DNA of 45,519 nucleotides from Candidatus Dadabacteria bacterium (GCA_040289575.1 PSLL01000008.1:64299-109817); one strand, 5' to 3'. Shown: positions 16,715-26,839, counted from the first letter of the stretch. Notes: generated from the sequence alone by a model not told the origin. A program made the numbers and translations.

Positions 16715-17368
16715 CTAAAGTGGATTCGGTTTCCGCAGGTTAAACTCAATCATCTCTTCATAATCAAAGAGAACCGCTTCTGCCACTGTAGCGGCACGCC
16801 TCTCCGGGTTTAGGGTTTCGTTTACCTCGGTTTTTAATTCCATCCAGTGGTTATAGATTTCCATCTGATTTTCAATTAGCTGATCGGCATCAATTTCCTT
16901 TACTTCTCGGAAATTTAGTTTGCAGGTTTGAAGCTCGTTGGGCTTTTTGGGGTCGTATATGGGCATGCCAAATTTGCGGCAGACAATCGGCCTCGATTCA
17001 TAGATTCCGCAGGCTCCATTATCATCAAGGGCGGGGCAGGGGAGCCTGAGGCCAATTGTAGAGATTTCGTCGCCATCGCAATCTAAATCCATCCGTCCAG
17101 ATCTTTCGCAAATCATCTCCTCTCTTTTCTTGATGTAGAGCCGGGCCTTTTCCTGTATCTTCTTACGAGTTTCAGAATCGAGCCTCTTTGCGGCCTGTGA
17201 AACGACGGCCGCGTCAATAAGCGTAATTTTAAACATCTGGCTACAGCATAGAAAGCAGCCCTTTCTACACTGCATCTGTCCAGGATAGAGGTTGAAATTG
17301 CGGTCGAATTCCCTTTCGGTTAAGTTGGCAATGAATCTGAAGCGGTCAAATACCTTTTTAATATCCAA
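16715..17368 (-). CDS. YkgJ family cysteine-cluster protein (Fe-S or Zn)
   Basis: CRKGCFLCC, CPAL, CGIYESRPIVCR motifs; TTG start. Confidence 0.88.
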   Translation of the reverse strand: MDIKKVFDRFRFIANLTEREFDRNFNLYPGQMQCRKGCFLCCSQMFKITLIDAAVVSQAAKRLDSETRKKIQEKARLYIKKREEMICERSGRMDLDCDGDEISTIGLRLPCPALDDNGACGIYESRPIVCRKFGMPIYDPKKPNELQTCKLNFREVKEIDADQLIENQMEIYNHWMELKTEVNETLNPERRAATVAEAVLFDYEEMIEFNLRKPNPL

Positions 17369-17375
17369 CTGTCTC

Positions 17376-17849
17376 TCACCTTCTATTGAGCATATCTACG
17401 AGCTTAATCTGATGAACCTGCTCAGAAGGGAGGACAGTGGTTCCGTCTAGGAGTCCGTTTAGTGCTTCGAGGAGTTTATCGAGGTCTATTCCGTAGTCCT
17501 TTGCGGCGGCTCCAAGTATGTGGTCTTCTTTAATGTTGCAGCTTGAACATCCGCCAAGATGAAACCCAGCCATAACTGTCTGGGCAAGTGGATGGAGCCT
17601 CAGCGCTTCGCCAATTGTCATATCCTTATGAAAATAAGGGGCACCCAATTGCCTTCTCATCTCCTCTTTTAAACCTGCAAGAATATCCGCCTTTAGTTGA
17701 TCGAGGGAATAGCCAACATGTCTTCTCAGGGCATCCGCTTCATCGCGGGCCTGCTGAACCTCATCTTTAAGTTTGCGTGTGCTTATAAGACTATATGCAG
17801 TAACGATGAGAGAAATACCTGAAATTATATAGGGGATAAGATTTTCCAT
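17376..17849 (-). CDS. Membrane-anchored DUF1858-like CxxC protein
   Basis: N-terminal TM and coiled coil, then DMTIGEAL...FHLGGCSSC...YGIDLDKLLEALN. Confidence 0.75.
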   Translation of the reverse strand: MENLIPYIISGISLIVTAYSLISTRKLKDEVQQARDEADALRRHVGYSLDQLKADILAGLKEEMRRQLGAPYFHKDMTIGEALRLHPLAQTVMAGFHLGGCSSCNIKEDHILGAAAKDYGIDLDKLLEALNGLLDGTTVLPSEQVHQIKLVDMLNRR

Positions 17850-17906
17850 GTTGAAACGCTTTCCTCCATTTTAGTTATCTACTTACGTTAAGCATATCTT
17901 GCACTT

Positions 17907-18002
17907 TGTTATACCTGAATGTTCCCTACTAAGAGCATGTGGGGACAAGCTTTATCGGGAAGGGAATCCATTACTTCGAATTTCCTGGTAGAGGGAATGA
18001 CA
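17907..18002. repeat. Degenerate GTCATTCCC/GGGAATGAC-type REP-like element
   Basis: TGTTATACC...GGGAATCCA...GGGAATGACA. Confidence 0.45.
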
Positions 18003-18052
18003 GCCTTTACTACAGCTCTAACATACCTCACGTCTTAGTACTGGAATAATTA

Positions 18053-18334
18053 TTATTTGGGTATAAATTCTTCTAGGGCTTTAGATAACTCGCTCGGTTC
18101 GATCTTTTCTCCGTTATTTAGCCTTTCAATAAACCCGTTTATTATTTCCTTTGCTCTGTCTTTTTTGAAATTCTTTATAAATCCATCATAGAAATGCTCG
18201 CCTGCAAGCGCTTTGTTTATTTCATTCTCTTTGTTGTGGTCATCAAGCTCTGTGAAATAGCAAACCCTATATTTATCCGTATATGTTGTATCTCGATATA
18301 TCATAAACATTACTTTGTCTGACTCAACGGGCAA
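18053..18334 (-). CDS. Hypothetical protein downstream of the PlsA-like gene
   Basis: YRVCYFTELDDHN...AGEHFYDGFI. TTG start 10 nt after GGAGG; the longer ORF start lies inside a REP. Confidence 0.75.
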   Translation of the reverse strand: MPVESDKVMFMIYRDTTYTDKYRVCYFTELDDHNKENEINKALAGEHFYDGFIKNFKKDRAKEIINGFIERLNNGEKIEPSELSKALEEFIPK

Positions 18335-18354
18335 CTCAAGTACACCTCCATTCC

Positions 18355-18382
18355 GCAGGGGCAAACAATTGTTTGCCCCTGC
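18355..18382. repeat. GTAG-type REP palindrome
   Basis: Perfect 28-bp palindrome GCAGGGGCAAACAA|TTGTTTGCCCCTGC. Confidence 0.8.
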
Positions 18383-18391
18383 AAATCAGAA

Positions 18392-21300
18392 TCATTCTTT
18401 ATTCTTAAAAGCAACCCTCTGCTCTTCGATAAAACCGCCGCTGCCGCGGACACCATTGGAGAATTCTTCTCTCAGCTTTACCTCAATCTCCTTGAGTTTT
18501 TCTTGTAGCTGGATCTTCTTCTGCTTGTTTTTGACTATATCCTCTTTGTACCTGCTGAGGAAGTAGTCAATTGTTTGAACCCTGATCTTTATTGATCCCG
18601 TGGGCTTGTTCTCATCAATGTCTTTAAAGCAGAAATAAGGGGTGCCGGAGTCTTCAACAATCTCCTCAACCACCGTGTATATCGGGGCATCGTGACCGCA
18701 TTTAAAGCTTGAAAGCTCAAGTGCTACAAGATTTGGATGCCTTGCAACGTACTTTGCCGCCCAGACCTTACGGCTTGTGTTTTCGCTGTATGAGTTTTTC
18801 CACACATCGGATATATCCATCGGGTGTGAGATTATCCCCTTTCTTACGTCCTCTCCAAAGAGCCTCTCGAGTATGTCGTCATCTATTGGCAGTGAATCCT
18901 CAGTAAAAACTGGATAGCCAAGCTTCTGGAACTCCTCCATAATTTCATGGTTGATTCCTGGGTCGTTGTGATACGGGCGTCCGAGAAGAACAATCCCAAG
19001 TTTATCTTCGGCTTCGAGTTTTTTGAGTACCTCGCGCCCGACCCCGCGTTGAATGTCGTTATTGAACTTATCAAGAGCCTTGTATCCCTGCTCAATAGCC
19101 CGTCTGTTTTCCTCTTCGGAAAGTCCTAATATGTCCTTGAACTCATCATACATCTGCTTTGCAAAGAGAGGAGGATCGTTGATATTAACAAATGTATTAA
19201 GAAAGATTATCCCATTCTGGGCAAATATGTCACCCTCTTTGATAAATGCGGCTTTAACGGCCGCGGGCGTAGTTGCTACTGTTGGACATGCCCTGCTATC
19301 CCATGTATTTAAGAGGTCTGAGGTTAGGGAGTCAATCATGGGAAAGAATATAATGTTAAGGGGTTTCTTTTTATGGTGATGGTATATAAGATTATGAACA
19401 TGCGGAATTCCTACCTTACTTGGGAAGCATGGGTCAATTGCGCCCCGTTTTGCCCCCTCTTTATAGAGCTCCTCTGTGGTGAAGTCGGAGTAAACTAGGT
19501 TCTCGAAGGGGATTCCCAGGCTCTCAAAATACGCGCTGAATACTGGGTTCTGAGAGTACATATTCAGCACCCTTGGGATTCCGATTCTCAGGTTCCTTCT
19601 ATTCTTCATAAGCTCTGCGCGCCTTTTCTGAGCCTTTGTGAACTTATACTTTGGAAGAGGGTCGGCGACTATTTCAGGACTAAATGACCTCCAAACCGTC
19701 TTTGCCGCAATCTCAACCAGGTTTGGATTTGCCTTCTTTGCGCTGTCCAGTCCCTTCTTTATGACCTTCATATCCTCAATATCTTCTACCAACCCTTTTT
19801 CACAGCTGTTTCCAACGATAAGGCGCTTAATACCTGGACCTGCCGGCACTTTGGATTTTGGACTTACTGTGACCTCCGTGCCCCCAATATTGACATCAAT
19901 AAATGTTCTAAGGCACTTGTTTTTACAGAAATAGCACCTTGTATCCTCGCTTCTATGAGTGTCATAAGTAATTTTTTCTACTGCATCGAGTCCAATAAAG
20001 TTCGTTCCCTTTCCATTTTCCCATAGGCGTATTGCTTCAATCGCCGCGCCAATTGCACCGCTTTCGCCGCAGTGTTCGTGTACAATGACCCTGGGTTTTT
20101 GATCAGAGCCTTTAAACCTGGATTCAATGAAGTCAACCTGGGCCTTTACCGCAGCGAGGTTGTTTTGGGTTCCACCCTGCAGGAGGAAGTTTGTCCCTAG
20201 TTTAGCGAGATTTGGAATTTGAGAGACATAGAGCCAGATATTTTTTGGAAGCACCGCGGCAAGCCCGGCCATAATCTCTTCGGGCTTCCATCCCTGCCGC
20301 TGAAAGTCAACTATGTCGGACTGCATAAAAACGGCGCATCCGTATCCGAATGTGGGCATTGCTTCGGCGCTGAAGGCGACATCGGCGAAATCCTCAACCT
20401 TTATCCCAAAACCCTCAGCCGTTCCCTGAAGGAAATACCCATTTCCAGCAGAGCACTGTGTATTGAGTTTAAAGTCCTTAACCTTTCTGTTCTTGAGTAT
20501 CATTATCTTTATGTCCTGTCCGCCGACATCGCATATAACGTCAACCTCTTTATAGAAGTGGAGACCTGCCTCTGTGTGGGCGACGGTTTCAACAAGGGCG
20601 ACATCGCCCCTAAGGACGTCTTTGAGGATATCCTTTGCGTATCCGGTTGTTCCTACACCGAGCACCTTGAGCGTCGCTCCCTGCTCTTCTACCTTGGCGC
20701 GGAGCTTTCTGAACATCTCTATTGTGTCTTCAATCGGGTTGCCCTTGGATAACTGGTATGCTTTAACCAATACTTCTCTGTTCTTGCTCATTAAAACCGC
20801 TTTGGTTGAGGTTGAGCCTCCGTCAATTCCTACAAAGGCCTCAACCACTTCACCCGGTTTGAATGTTGCGGGGATGAAGGGTTTCTTTTTGTACCTCTCT
20901 TTAAATGCCTCAAGCTCTTCTGGGCTTTTGCTAAGTCCCTGAGCCCCCTTCCTCTTCTTTTCCTCGGCTCTGCCAAAGTTGATGTAATATTCGAGGTCTT
21001 TTGTGCCTTTGTATAGTCCAACATTAGGCTCTTCTTGTTTCCCGAATTCAACGGCTCCAATTGCAGCAAAATACTGGGCATTCTGGGGAACCTTAATCAA
21101 CTCCTTGGGATCAATCCCCTCCGGAAGTTGAACGTTTCTCTCTTCCCAAATCTTAGGGATGTTATACCTCCACGCCTCTACCATGCCTCTAATGTAGGTA
21201 TTTGGACCACCGAGAAGAAGAACTACGGGTCTGAGTGTATTTCCACGTGTAAGGACTGCAAGGTTCTGCCCAACTATAGCCTCAAAGAGCGAGGCCATAA

Positions 21301-21895
21301 GCTCTTCTCTGGGGACTCCCATCTTTTGAAGGCTGTTTATATCTGTCTCTGCAAACACGCCGCACTTTCCGGCAACAGGATGGAGTTTTAAATCATAATA
21401 CCCCATATTGCAGAGCTGATCAGGCGGGATTCTGAGCTTTGCATTGATCTTATCAATAACCGCCCCCGTGCCGCCTGCGCATTTATCATTCATGCTTGGA
21501 ATCTTTTTCTTCTTTCCGGTCTCCGGGTCCTCTTTGAATATTATTATCTTTGCATCCTGACCGCCTAGCTCAATGACAGAGCCGACCTCGGGGTGGAGCT
21601 TTTCAACGGCAAGGGAAACGGCATTGACCTCCTGGACAAATTTTGCCCCAATCAGACGGGCGATTCCTCCCCCTCCGCTCCCTGTAATAAATATCCTGAA
21701 TTTGTCGGGTGGGAGTCCAATATCATTTTCGATTCTCTTTAGAAGCTCCATTGTCTTTTCGGGCTGTTTTGTGTCGTGCCTCTGATAATCCTTCCATATA
21801 ATTTCATCCGTAACTATGTCAACAACGACTGCTTTAACGGTAGTTGAACCCACATCCATGCCTATATAAAGGGGTTCATGAATTAGTTGTCCCAT
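18392..21895 (-). CDS. BadF/BadG/BcrA/BcrD-type double ATPase activase plus dehydratase-like domain (PlsA/Ger-like)
   Basis: Two ASKHA activase domains (GMDVGSTT/ELGGQD/KCAGGTG/KCGVF; GIDGGSTS/DVGGQD/QCSAGNG/GCAVF) and C-terminal PCFPSK, CPTV, FKCGHD. ATG 21895 follows GGAGG. Confidence 0.88.
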   Translation of the reverse strand: MGQLIHEPLYIGMDVGSTTVKAVVVDIVTDEIIWKDYQRHDTKQPEKTMELLKRIENDIGLPPDKFRIFITGSGGGGIARLIGAKFVQEVNAVSLAVEKLHPEVGSVIELGGQDAKIIIFKEDPETGKKKKIPSMNDKCAGGTGAVIDKINAKLRIPPDQLCNMGYYDLKLHPVAGKCGVFAETDINSLQKMGVPREELMASLFEAIVGQNLAVLTRGNTLRPVVLLLGGPNTYIRGMVEAWRYNIPKIWEERNVQLPEGIDPKELIKVPQNAQYFAAIGAVEFGKQEEPNVGLYKGTKDLEYYINFGRAEEKKRKGAQGLSKSPEELEAFKERYKKKPFIPATFKPGEVVEAFVGIDGGSTSTKAVLMSKNREVLVKAYQLSKGNPIEDTIEMFRKLRAKVEEQGATLKVLGVGTTGYAKDILKDVLRGDVALVETVAHTEAGLHFYKEVDVICDVGGQDIKIMILKNRKVKDFKLNTQCSAGNGYFLQGTAEGFGIKVEDFADVAFSAEAMPTFGYGCAVFMQSDIVDFQRQGWKPEEIMAGLAAVLPKNIWLYVSQIPNLAKLGTNFLLQGGTQNNLAAVKAQVDFIESRFKGSDQKPRVIVHEHCGESGAIGAAIEAIRLWENGKGTNFIGLDAVEKITYDTHRSEDTRCYFCKNKCLRTFIDVNIGGTEVTVSPKSKVPAGPGIKRLIVGNSCEKGLVEDIEDMKVIKKGLDSAKKANPNLVEIAAKTVWRSFSPEIVADPLPKYKFTKAQKRRAELMKNRRNLRIGIPRVLNMYSQNPVFSAYFESLGIPFENLVYSDFTTEELYKEGAKRGAIDPCFPSKVGIPHVHNLIYHHHKKKPLNIIFFPMIDSLTSDLLNTWDSRACPTVATTPAAVKAAFIKEGDIFAQNGIIFLNTFVNINDPPLFAKQMYDEFKDILGLSEEENRRAIEQGYKALDKFNNDIQRGVGREVLKKLEAEDKLGIVLLGRPYHNDPGINHEIMEEFQKLGYPVFTEDSLPIDDDILERLFGEDVRKGIISHPMDISDVWKNSYSENTSRKVWAAKYVARHPNLVALELSSFKCGHDAPIYTVVEEIVEDSGTPYFCFKDIDENKPTGSIKIRVQTIDYFLSRYKEDIVKNKQKKIQLQEKLKEIEVKLREEFSNGVRGSGGFIEEQRVAFKNKE

Positions 21896-21938
21896 TTTTA
21901 TACCTCCAGAGGGTTTGTGATTGAGGTTTGTTTTTTCT

Positions 21939-21966
21939 ATAGGGGCGTATCGCGATACGCCCCTAT
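21939..21966. repeat. GTAG-type REP palindrome
   Basis: Perfect 28-bp palindrome ATAGGGGCGTATCG|CGATACGCCCCTAT. Confidence 0.8.
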
Positions 21967-21974
21967 TAAAAAGA

Positions 21975-23738
21975 TTAATGGCGCCTTTCACCCTTCATTC
22001 GTTCTCCAACGTGCCGGACAAATCTTGCCGCTACCCCAATCACTCCCTTGTAGTGAGGGATGTGATAGAACGGCCTCTTCAATTCTGGATGCTCATCAAT
22101 GTATGCCTTTATCTCTTCTAGGGTGTAGCCAGTCTTGGAAAGCGCTTCCTGGAATTCATTCTTTGCCTTTACCTTTGCCTCTCCAAGTGCCATCTGAACG
22201 CGGCTGTGTGCGTTGACATCGCCCTCGCCCGATGTCTCAATCGGTATGTAAATCATGTCTTTATAAAGATTAACAACCGCAGACTGTGCGCCGTCGCTTT
22301 GGGTGCTCGGCATGCAACCAAATGGCTTTAGCGAGAGAACCATGTGGGCGAGGTCTTTGTTGCTGTAGTATATGTTCTTTGCCACCTCAAGATGTCCTTC
22401 TCCCCCACCGGCTCTTGAATTATAGAACGGATGTCCAAGCCTCTGTAATTCATACTGGTCTGTAAGGTCGTGAGGAAGGTTGCCTAAGGATTTCCTCATC
22501 CTGTTCCATTCGCGTCTGAATATTACCTCAGCCGCTGTGAGCATCGCATGCTTCTTTTTATAGTCCGTGTATTTTGAAAGCGCCTGGTCAAGCCTCCACC
22601 AGCCCGGCACATCATGGCCGTTTTTGGGAAGCCCTTTCCTGTCATTTAGAGACTGCTTCGCCTGATGTATCATGTACATGATCCATGTGCCAATAGGTTC
22701 AACAAGCACCTGAGCGCCCTCCCTCTCAAGGAACTTAAACATATTAAAGTTTCCGTCACCCTCTGTGGTCTGCGCCCAGAATTCACCGGTGATCTTAACA
22801 ATCGGCTTTACACGTGTGCGGTCAACCTCAATGCTGTTAAACCTGTCTCCAACCTCCCTTAAGGCGGCTGTGTATTCATCGCTATAGAGCTGGCTGAGGA
22901 ACTTGCCTATATACTCGGCTGAACCGGCAACCTTCGGGAACTTCCTTAAAAATTCTCCGACCTTGCCTTCGAGTTTAAACGGCTTGTGCTTTCTTAAAAC
23001 CTCGTGCAGATAGTCCATGCTCTCTCCAAGGACTCTATCGGTTTCGCCTTTATTTACTTCATAAGGTCTTATCTGATAAACGACATCGCTTATCAAGTCG
23101 CCCATATTCATGCCGTTTAACATCCCGAAGAAGAAATCCATATTCATCTCAAGCCCCGCATCCTCATCCGCTTGATCGAGGCCGCCTGTTTGCTGGAAGA
23201 GAATCACCCTAAAGCCGTCAAAGCCCGCATTCCTGAGTGCGAGGCGATATTCGGCCTCATACATTCCAAACCTACAAGGCCCGCATGCTCCTGCTGTAAC
23301 AAACACATACTTGTCAATAATCTCCTGTTTGGATAAACCCCTTGCCTCTAATTTCTGAAGGTACTGAACGAGGTTTCCGACCGTGAAGTATGTAGGATTG
23401 CACTGTCCGTTGTTTCCATACTCCTTTCCCAACTGGAATGCCGTTTTATCAGGGGTGGGAATATATTCAACATTGTATCCTAATCCCTCTAGTGCTCCGT
23501 GGACAAGGTGTTCGTGTTTCCACGTGAGTCCGCCGTAAAGAACGGTTGTGTAGGGTCTCTGGGATCTCGTAAAAGGACGCTCTATAGGTTTATGAAAATG
23601 GTGAACTGGCTTTTCCTCAATGCCCAGTTCCTTTTCAAGCCTGGCCTTTTCTTCTCGGAGTCTCTTCTGAATGAAGCTCTCAATCCTTACAAAGCTCTCC
23701 TGAGTATTGCCATTCGAATATCTATCTAAGTTGCTCAT
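21975..23738 (-). CDS. 2-hydroxyacyl-CoA dehydratase/reductase-like Fe-S subunit (PlsR-like)
   Basis: GQCNPTYF, GACGPCRFGMY, GEGHLEVAK and KPFGCMPS motifs; GGAGG RBS. Confidence 0.82.
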   Translation of the reverse strand: MSNLDRYSNGNTQESFVRIESFIQKRLREEKARLEKELGIEEKPVHHFHKPIERPFTRSQRPYTTVLYGGLTWKHEHLVHGALEGLGYNVEYIPTPDKTAFQLGKEYGNNGQCNPTYFTVGNLVQYLQKLEARGLSKQEIIDKYVFVTAGACGPCRFGMYEAEYRLALRNAGFDGFRVILFQQTGGLDQADEDAGLEMNMDFFFGMLNGMNMGDLISDVVYQIRPYEVNKGETDRVLGESMDYLHEVLRKHKPFKLEGKVGEFLRKFPKVAGSAEYIGKFLSQLYSDEYTAALREVGDRFNSIEVDRTRVKPIVKITGEFWAQTTEGDGNFNMFKFLEREGAQVLVEPIGTWIMYMIHQAKQSLNDRKGLPKNGHDVPGWWRLDQALSKYTDYKKKHAMLTAAEVIFRREWNRMRKSLGNLPHDLTDQYELQRLGHPFYNSRAGGGEGHLEVAKNIYYSNKDLAHMVLSLKPFGCMPSTQSDGAQSAVVNLYKDMIYIPIETSGEGDVNAHSRVQMALGEAKVKAKNEFQEALSKTGYTLEEIKAYIDEHPELKRPFYHIPHYKGVIGVAARFVRHVGERMKGERRH

Positions 23739-23779
23739 AATATAGCACCCTCCTAATATAAATTATTAGGAGTTTTATT

Positions 23780-23796
23780 CGCAAGAAGGGTGCCAG
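23780..23796 (-). promoter_or_regulatory. Sigma54 -24/-12 promoter
   Basis: Minus strand CTGGCAC-CCTTC-TTGCG matches TGGCAC-N5-TTGC, about 40 bp upstream of the PlsR-like start. Confidence 0.85.
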
Positions 23797-23879
23797 AAAC
23801 TCGATTTATTTCTAATCTATCAAAATTATTAAATAATTTGTGTTTTCTCAGGACCCCACTTAAGTTTTAGTTGCTATTA

Positions 23880-23930
23880 GTGTATAAAAAAGATACACAT
23901 TAACCGTTTTATCTGTTGCAGAAAGATACA
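23880..23930. promoter_or_regulatory. Candidate upstream activating sequences for the adjacent bEBP
   Basis: GTGTAT-AAAAAAG-ATACAC (23880-23898) and TGT-TGCAGAAAGAT-ACA (23914-23930). Both are TGT-N11-ACA and start 33 bp apart. Confidence 0.6.
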
Positions 23931-24087
23931 CAAACAGGGTTTTTGAAAATTAGGTGTATACTTTTGTCCCTAAGTTCGGTATAATCGTAGAGCAATGACA
24001 GTGCAAGGCGGACTTAAAAGCAAATACGAAGTATTTGAATGAAGAATGTAGATACAAATATATTTACGATAAAGTTGAGGTTTAAAC

Positions 24088-26106
24088 ATGGGAGTAGAAC
24101 AAATACTAGAAAGACTGAGGTGGTATGAGGCAAGGGAGGCGATTCTCAACAGAATCAGCCCTGAGTTAAACAGCGTTATAGACATAGATAAATTCCTCAT
24201 TGCCACCGTTCAGGAACTCGGAAAAATGATGGATGTGGACAAGTGCGATTTTATAGTTCCAAACGGGGATCAAGGCCTTAGGGTGGAGTATGAATATAGA
24301 AAAAACGGCTCTATCCTCTCGACTACAAACCTCGTAATCCCAATGCGGGAGAATGGGTGGGAGGCAGGATCAATAGGCACTATTGTAATTAATGACGTTG
24401 CCCAAGATAAATTTGACGAGAGGCTTAGGGAAATCCTTGCCAGAAACGGCACGCGCTCATTCCTCTGCATCCCGGTGGTATTTCAGGATGAGCTTTTGGG
24501 TATTCTGGGATTCCACCACTGTGAGAATCCACACACATGGTCGGAGAGTGAGATTAATTTCTTAAAATCCCTCACTCAGCAGACATCAATCGCACTTCAG
24601 TACACGAGGCTCTACACCCGGATGGAAAAGGAGGTAGAGATTACAAAAACACTCCTTGAGATTACGAATGAGATAAACTCGAAATTGGACTTCTCTGAAA
24701 TCACGTCATTTGTTCTGAGAAAGGCTGTGGAGTTGCTCGATGCGACTTACGGCTCAATCGGGGTTCTGAACACAAATGAGAGAAGACTCAGTATTACGAC
24801 ATTTTATCCTGAAAGTATTTCCTCTCTCAAGAATATAAGCCTAAATGTCCCTTTGGATGCGACCCATTATGATGAAATATTGGACAAAAAAACCGTATGT
24901 ATAGCCGGTGAAGAGGCTTCCTCTGCGGCATCGGTCTATCTTATGAATGCCCTCAGAGGTAGGTCTCTGATTATAAGTCCTATTGTTATTGATGATAAGA
25001 CATACGGAACCCTCAATCTTGTATGGGATGCCAAAAAGGATATTTTTAAACCCCACGAGGTTGAGCTTGTAAGCGGAATCACAAATCAGATGGCTGTTGT
25101 GCTGGAGAAGAACAGGCTCTCTTCGGAGCTGATTTTGCTTAGGAGAGAACTCACGGGGATAAGTGCAAGCGAGATGATAGTGGGTGTGAGTAAGAAGATT
25201 GAAAAGTGTGTAGAGATTGCGCTCAGCGTCATAGACAGCGATGTGACCATTCTACTTGAGGGTGAGACCGGAACGGGAAAGGAGTTGATAGCAGATTTCA
25301 TACAGAAAAACAGCAATCGAAGAGACAAGCCCTATATCAAGATAAATTGTGGTGCAATCCCTGAAACCCTGATAGAGGCGGAGCTCTTTGGGTATGAGAA
25401 GGGGGCATTTACCGACGCAAAAACGCAAAAGATAGGGAAATTTGAGGTTGCAGATGGGGGCACCATATTCCTTGATGAGGTGGGGGAACTGAGCCTTAAC
25501 GCTCAGGTGAAGCTCCTTAGGGTTCTCCAAAATGGAGAGCTTTTTAGAATCGGGGGCAACCAGCCTATAAAGGTCCACGTTCGAGTTATTGCGGCGACAA
25601 ACATTGACTTACAGGAAGCCATAAAAAATCAGAGATTCCGCTCGGACCTCTACTATAGGCTCAATGTTTTTCCAATACTTATTCCGCCTCTTAGAGAGAG
25701 AAAGGAGGATATACCGCTTCTTGCCCATCACTTCCTTGAGATTTATAAGAAGAAATCAAGGAAATTGATTATAGGCATATCCGACAATGCGATGGAGCTC
25801 CTTAAAACCTATGATTGGCCCGGAAACATTCGTGAGCTTGAAAACGTCATAGAGCGGGCGGTTATTACGTGTGTTAGGAAGGTGGTGACAGTAGATGACC
25901 TGCCTAAGAACATAATAGACTCTGCTAAGAAGGAAACCGATAACAAGATCGTGGTTGAGATCGGTTCGACAATGGATGAGATAGAGAAGCGCGTAATTGC
26001 GGAGACTCTGAGTTACACCAAGGGCGATAAGAAACACGCGGCGAAGATTTTAGGAATTACGAGGAAAACGCTTTATAGGAAGCTGAAGGAATATAATATT
26101 AGATAA
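24088..26106 (+). CDS. Sigma54-dependent transcriptional activator (two GAF domains, AAA+, Fis HTH)
   Basis: [39 protein letters not shown] and [11 protein letters not shown] motifs; two N-terminal GAF-like regions. Confidence 0.93.
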   Translation: MGVEQILERLRWYEAREAILNRISPELNSVIDIDKFLIATVQELGKMMDVDKCDFIVPNGDQGLRVEYEYRKNGSILSTTNLVIPMRENGWEAGSIGTIVINDVAQDKFDERLREILARNGTRSFLCIPVVFQDELLGILGFHHCENPHTWSESEINFLKSLTQQTSIALQYTRLYTRMEKEVEITKTLLEITNEINSKLDFSEITSFVLRKAVELLDATYGSIGVLNTNERRLSITTFYPESISSLKNISLNVPLDATHYDEILDKKTVCIAGEEASSAASVYLMNALRGRSLIISPIVIDDKTYGTLNLVWDAKKDIFKPHEVELVSGITNQMAVVLEKNRLSSELILLRRELTGISASEMIVGVSKKIEKCVEIALSVIDSDVTILLEGETGTGKELIADFIQKNSNRRDKPYIKINCGAIPETLIEAELFGYEKGAFTDAKTQKIGKFEVADGGTIFLDEVGELSLNAQVKLLRVLQNGELFRIGGNQPIKVHVRVIAATNIDLQEAIKNQRFRSDLYYRLNVFPILIPPLRERKEDIPLLAHHFLEIYKKKSRKLIIGISDNAMELLKTYDWPGNIRELENVIERAVITCVRKVVTVDDLPKNIIDSAKKETDNKIVVEIGSTMDEIEKRVIAETLSYTKGDKKHAAKILGITRKTLYRKLKEYNIR

Positions 26107-26122
26107 AATTTCTCATCCCATT

Positions 26123-26839
26123 TCAGCCGTATGTTTTTATCTTACGTATAGATTCGGGTTTCTCCAGCCATGAGATGATCGACTCGAATATCAACCTCCC
26201 GTCCTCCCCACCCAATATTTCTTCGGAGCATCTCTCAGGATGAGGCATCATACCGAGTATGTTTCCTCGGGGGTTGCAAATCCCCGCTATGTTTTCGATT
26301 GAGCCATTCGGGTTTGATTCGTATGTAATTCTTCCCTCTTTATCGCAGTATCTAAAAATGACGTTCAGGTTTTTTATATCATCGGGAGTCGCGAAGTAGT
26401 TTCCGTCGCCGTGTGCAATTGGGATTCTCAAAATGTCTCCAACTTTCATAAGATGTGTAAATGGTGTGTCGTTGTTCTCTACACAGATACTGACCCACTT
26501 GCAGACAAACTTTAGAGAACTATTTTTCATAAGTGCACCGGGTAGAAGACCGGCCTCAACAAGAATCTGAAACCCATTGCATATTCCAAGAACTAGTCCG
26601 CCAGATAAGGCAAATTTCTCCACCGATTTCATAACCGGAGAGAACCTTGCTATGGCGCCTGTGCGAAGATAATCGCCATAAGAAAACCCACCCGGAAGAA
26701 TCACGCAATCAAATCCATCAAGGCTTTTTTCCTCATGCCACACGAATTCACATCCCTGGTCAAACACGTGTTTTATCACATGATAACAATCGTGATCACA
26801 ATTTGAGCCTGGAAAAACGACTACACCGAAGTTTAGCAT
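26123..26839 (-). CDS. purQ: FGAM synthase glutaminase subunit
   Basis: [25 protein letters not shown] and MMPHPER motifs. Confidence 0.97.
   Translation of the reverse strand: MLNFGVVVFPGSNCDHDCYHVIKHVFDQGCEFVWHEEKSLDGFDCVILPGGFSYGDYLRTGAIARFSPVMKSVEKFALSGGLVLGICNGFQILVEAGLLPGALMKNSSLKFVCKWVSICVENNDTPFTHLMKVGDILRIPIAHGDGNYFATPDDIKNLNVIFRYCDKEGRITYESNPNGSIENIAGICNPRGNILGMMPHPERCSEEILGGEDGRLIFESIISWLEKPESIRKIKTYG

Noticed and set aside
20219..20752. Long antisense ORFs (also 6566-7042, 33248-33733, 40591-41325, 43711-44238)
   Set aside because: Shadow frames of well-supported genes with no recognisable motifs.
23515..23531. CACGTG-centred sequence as a parS site
   Set aside because: The flanks do not match TGTTTCACGTGAAACA and it lies within a CDS. 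Other CACGTG sites (21244, 26765) also fail.
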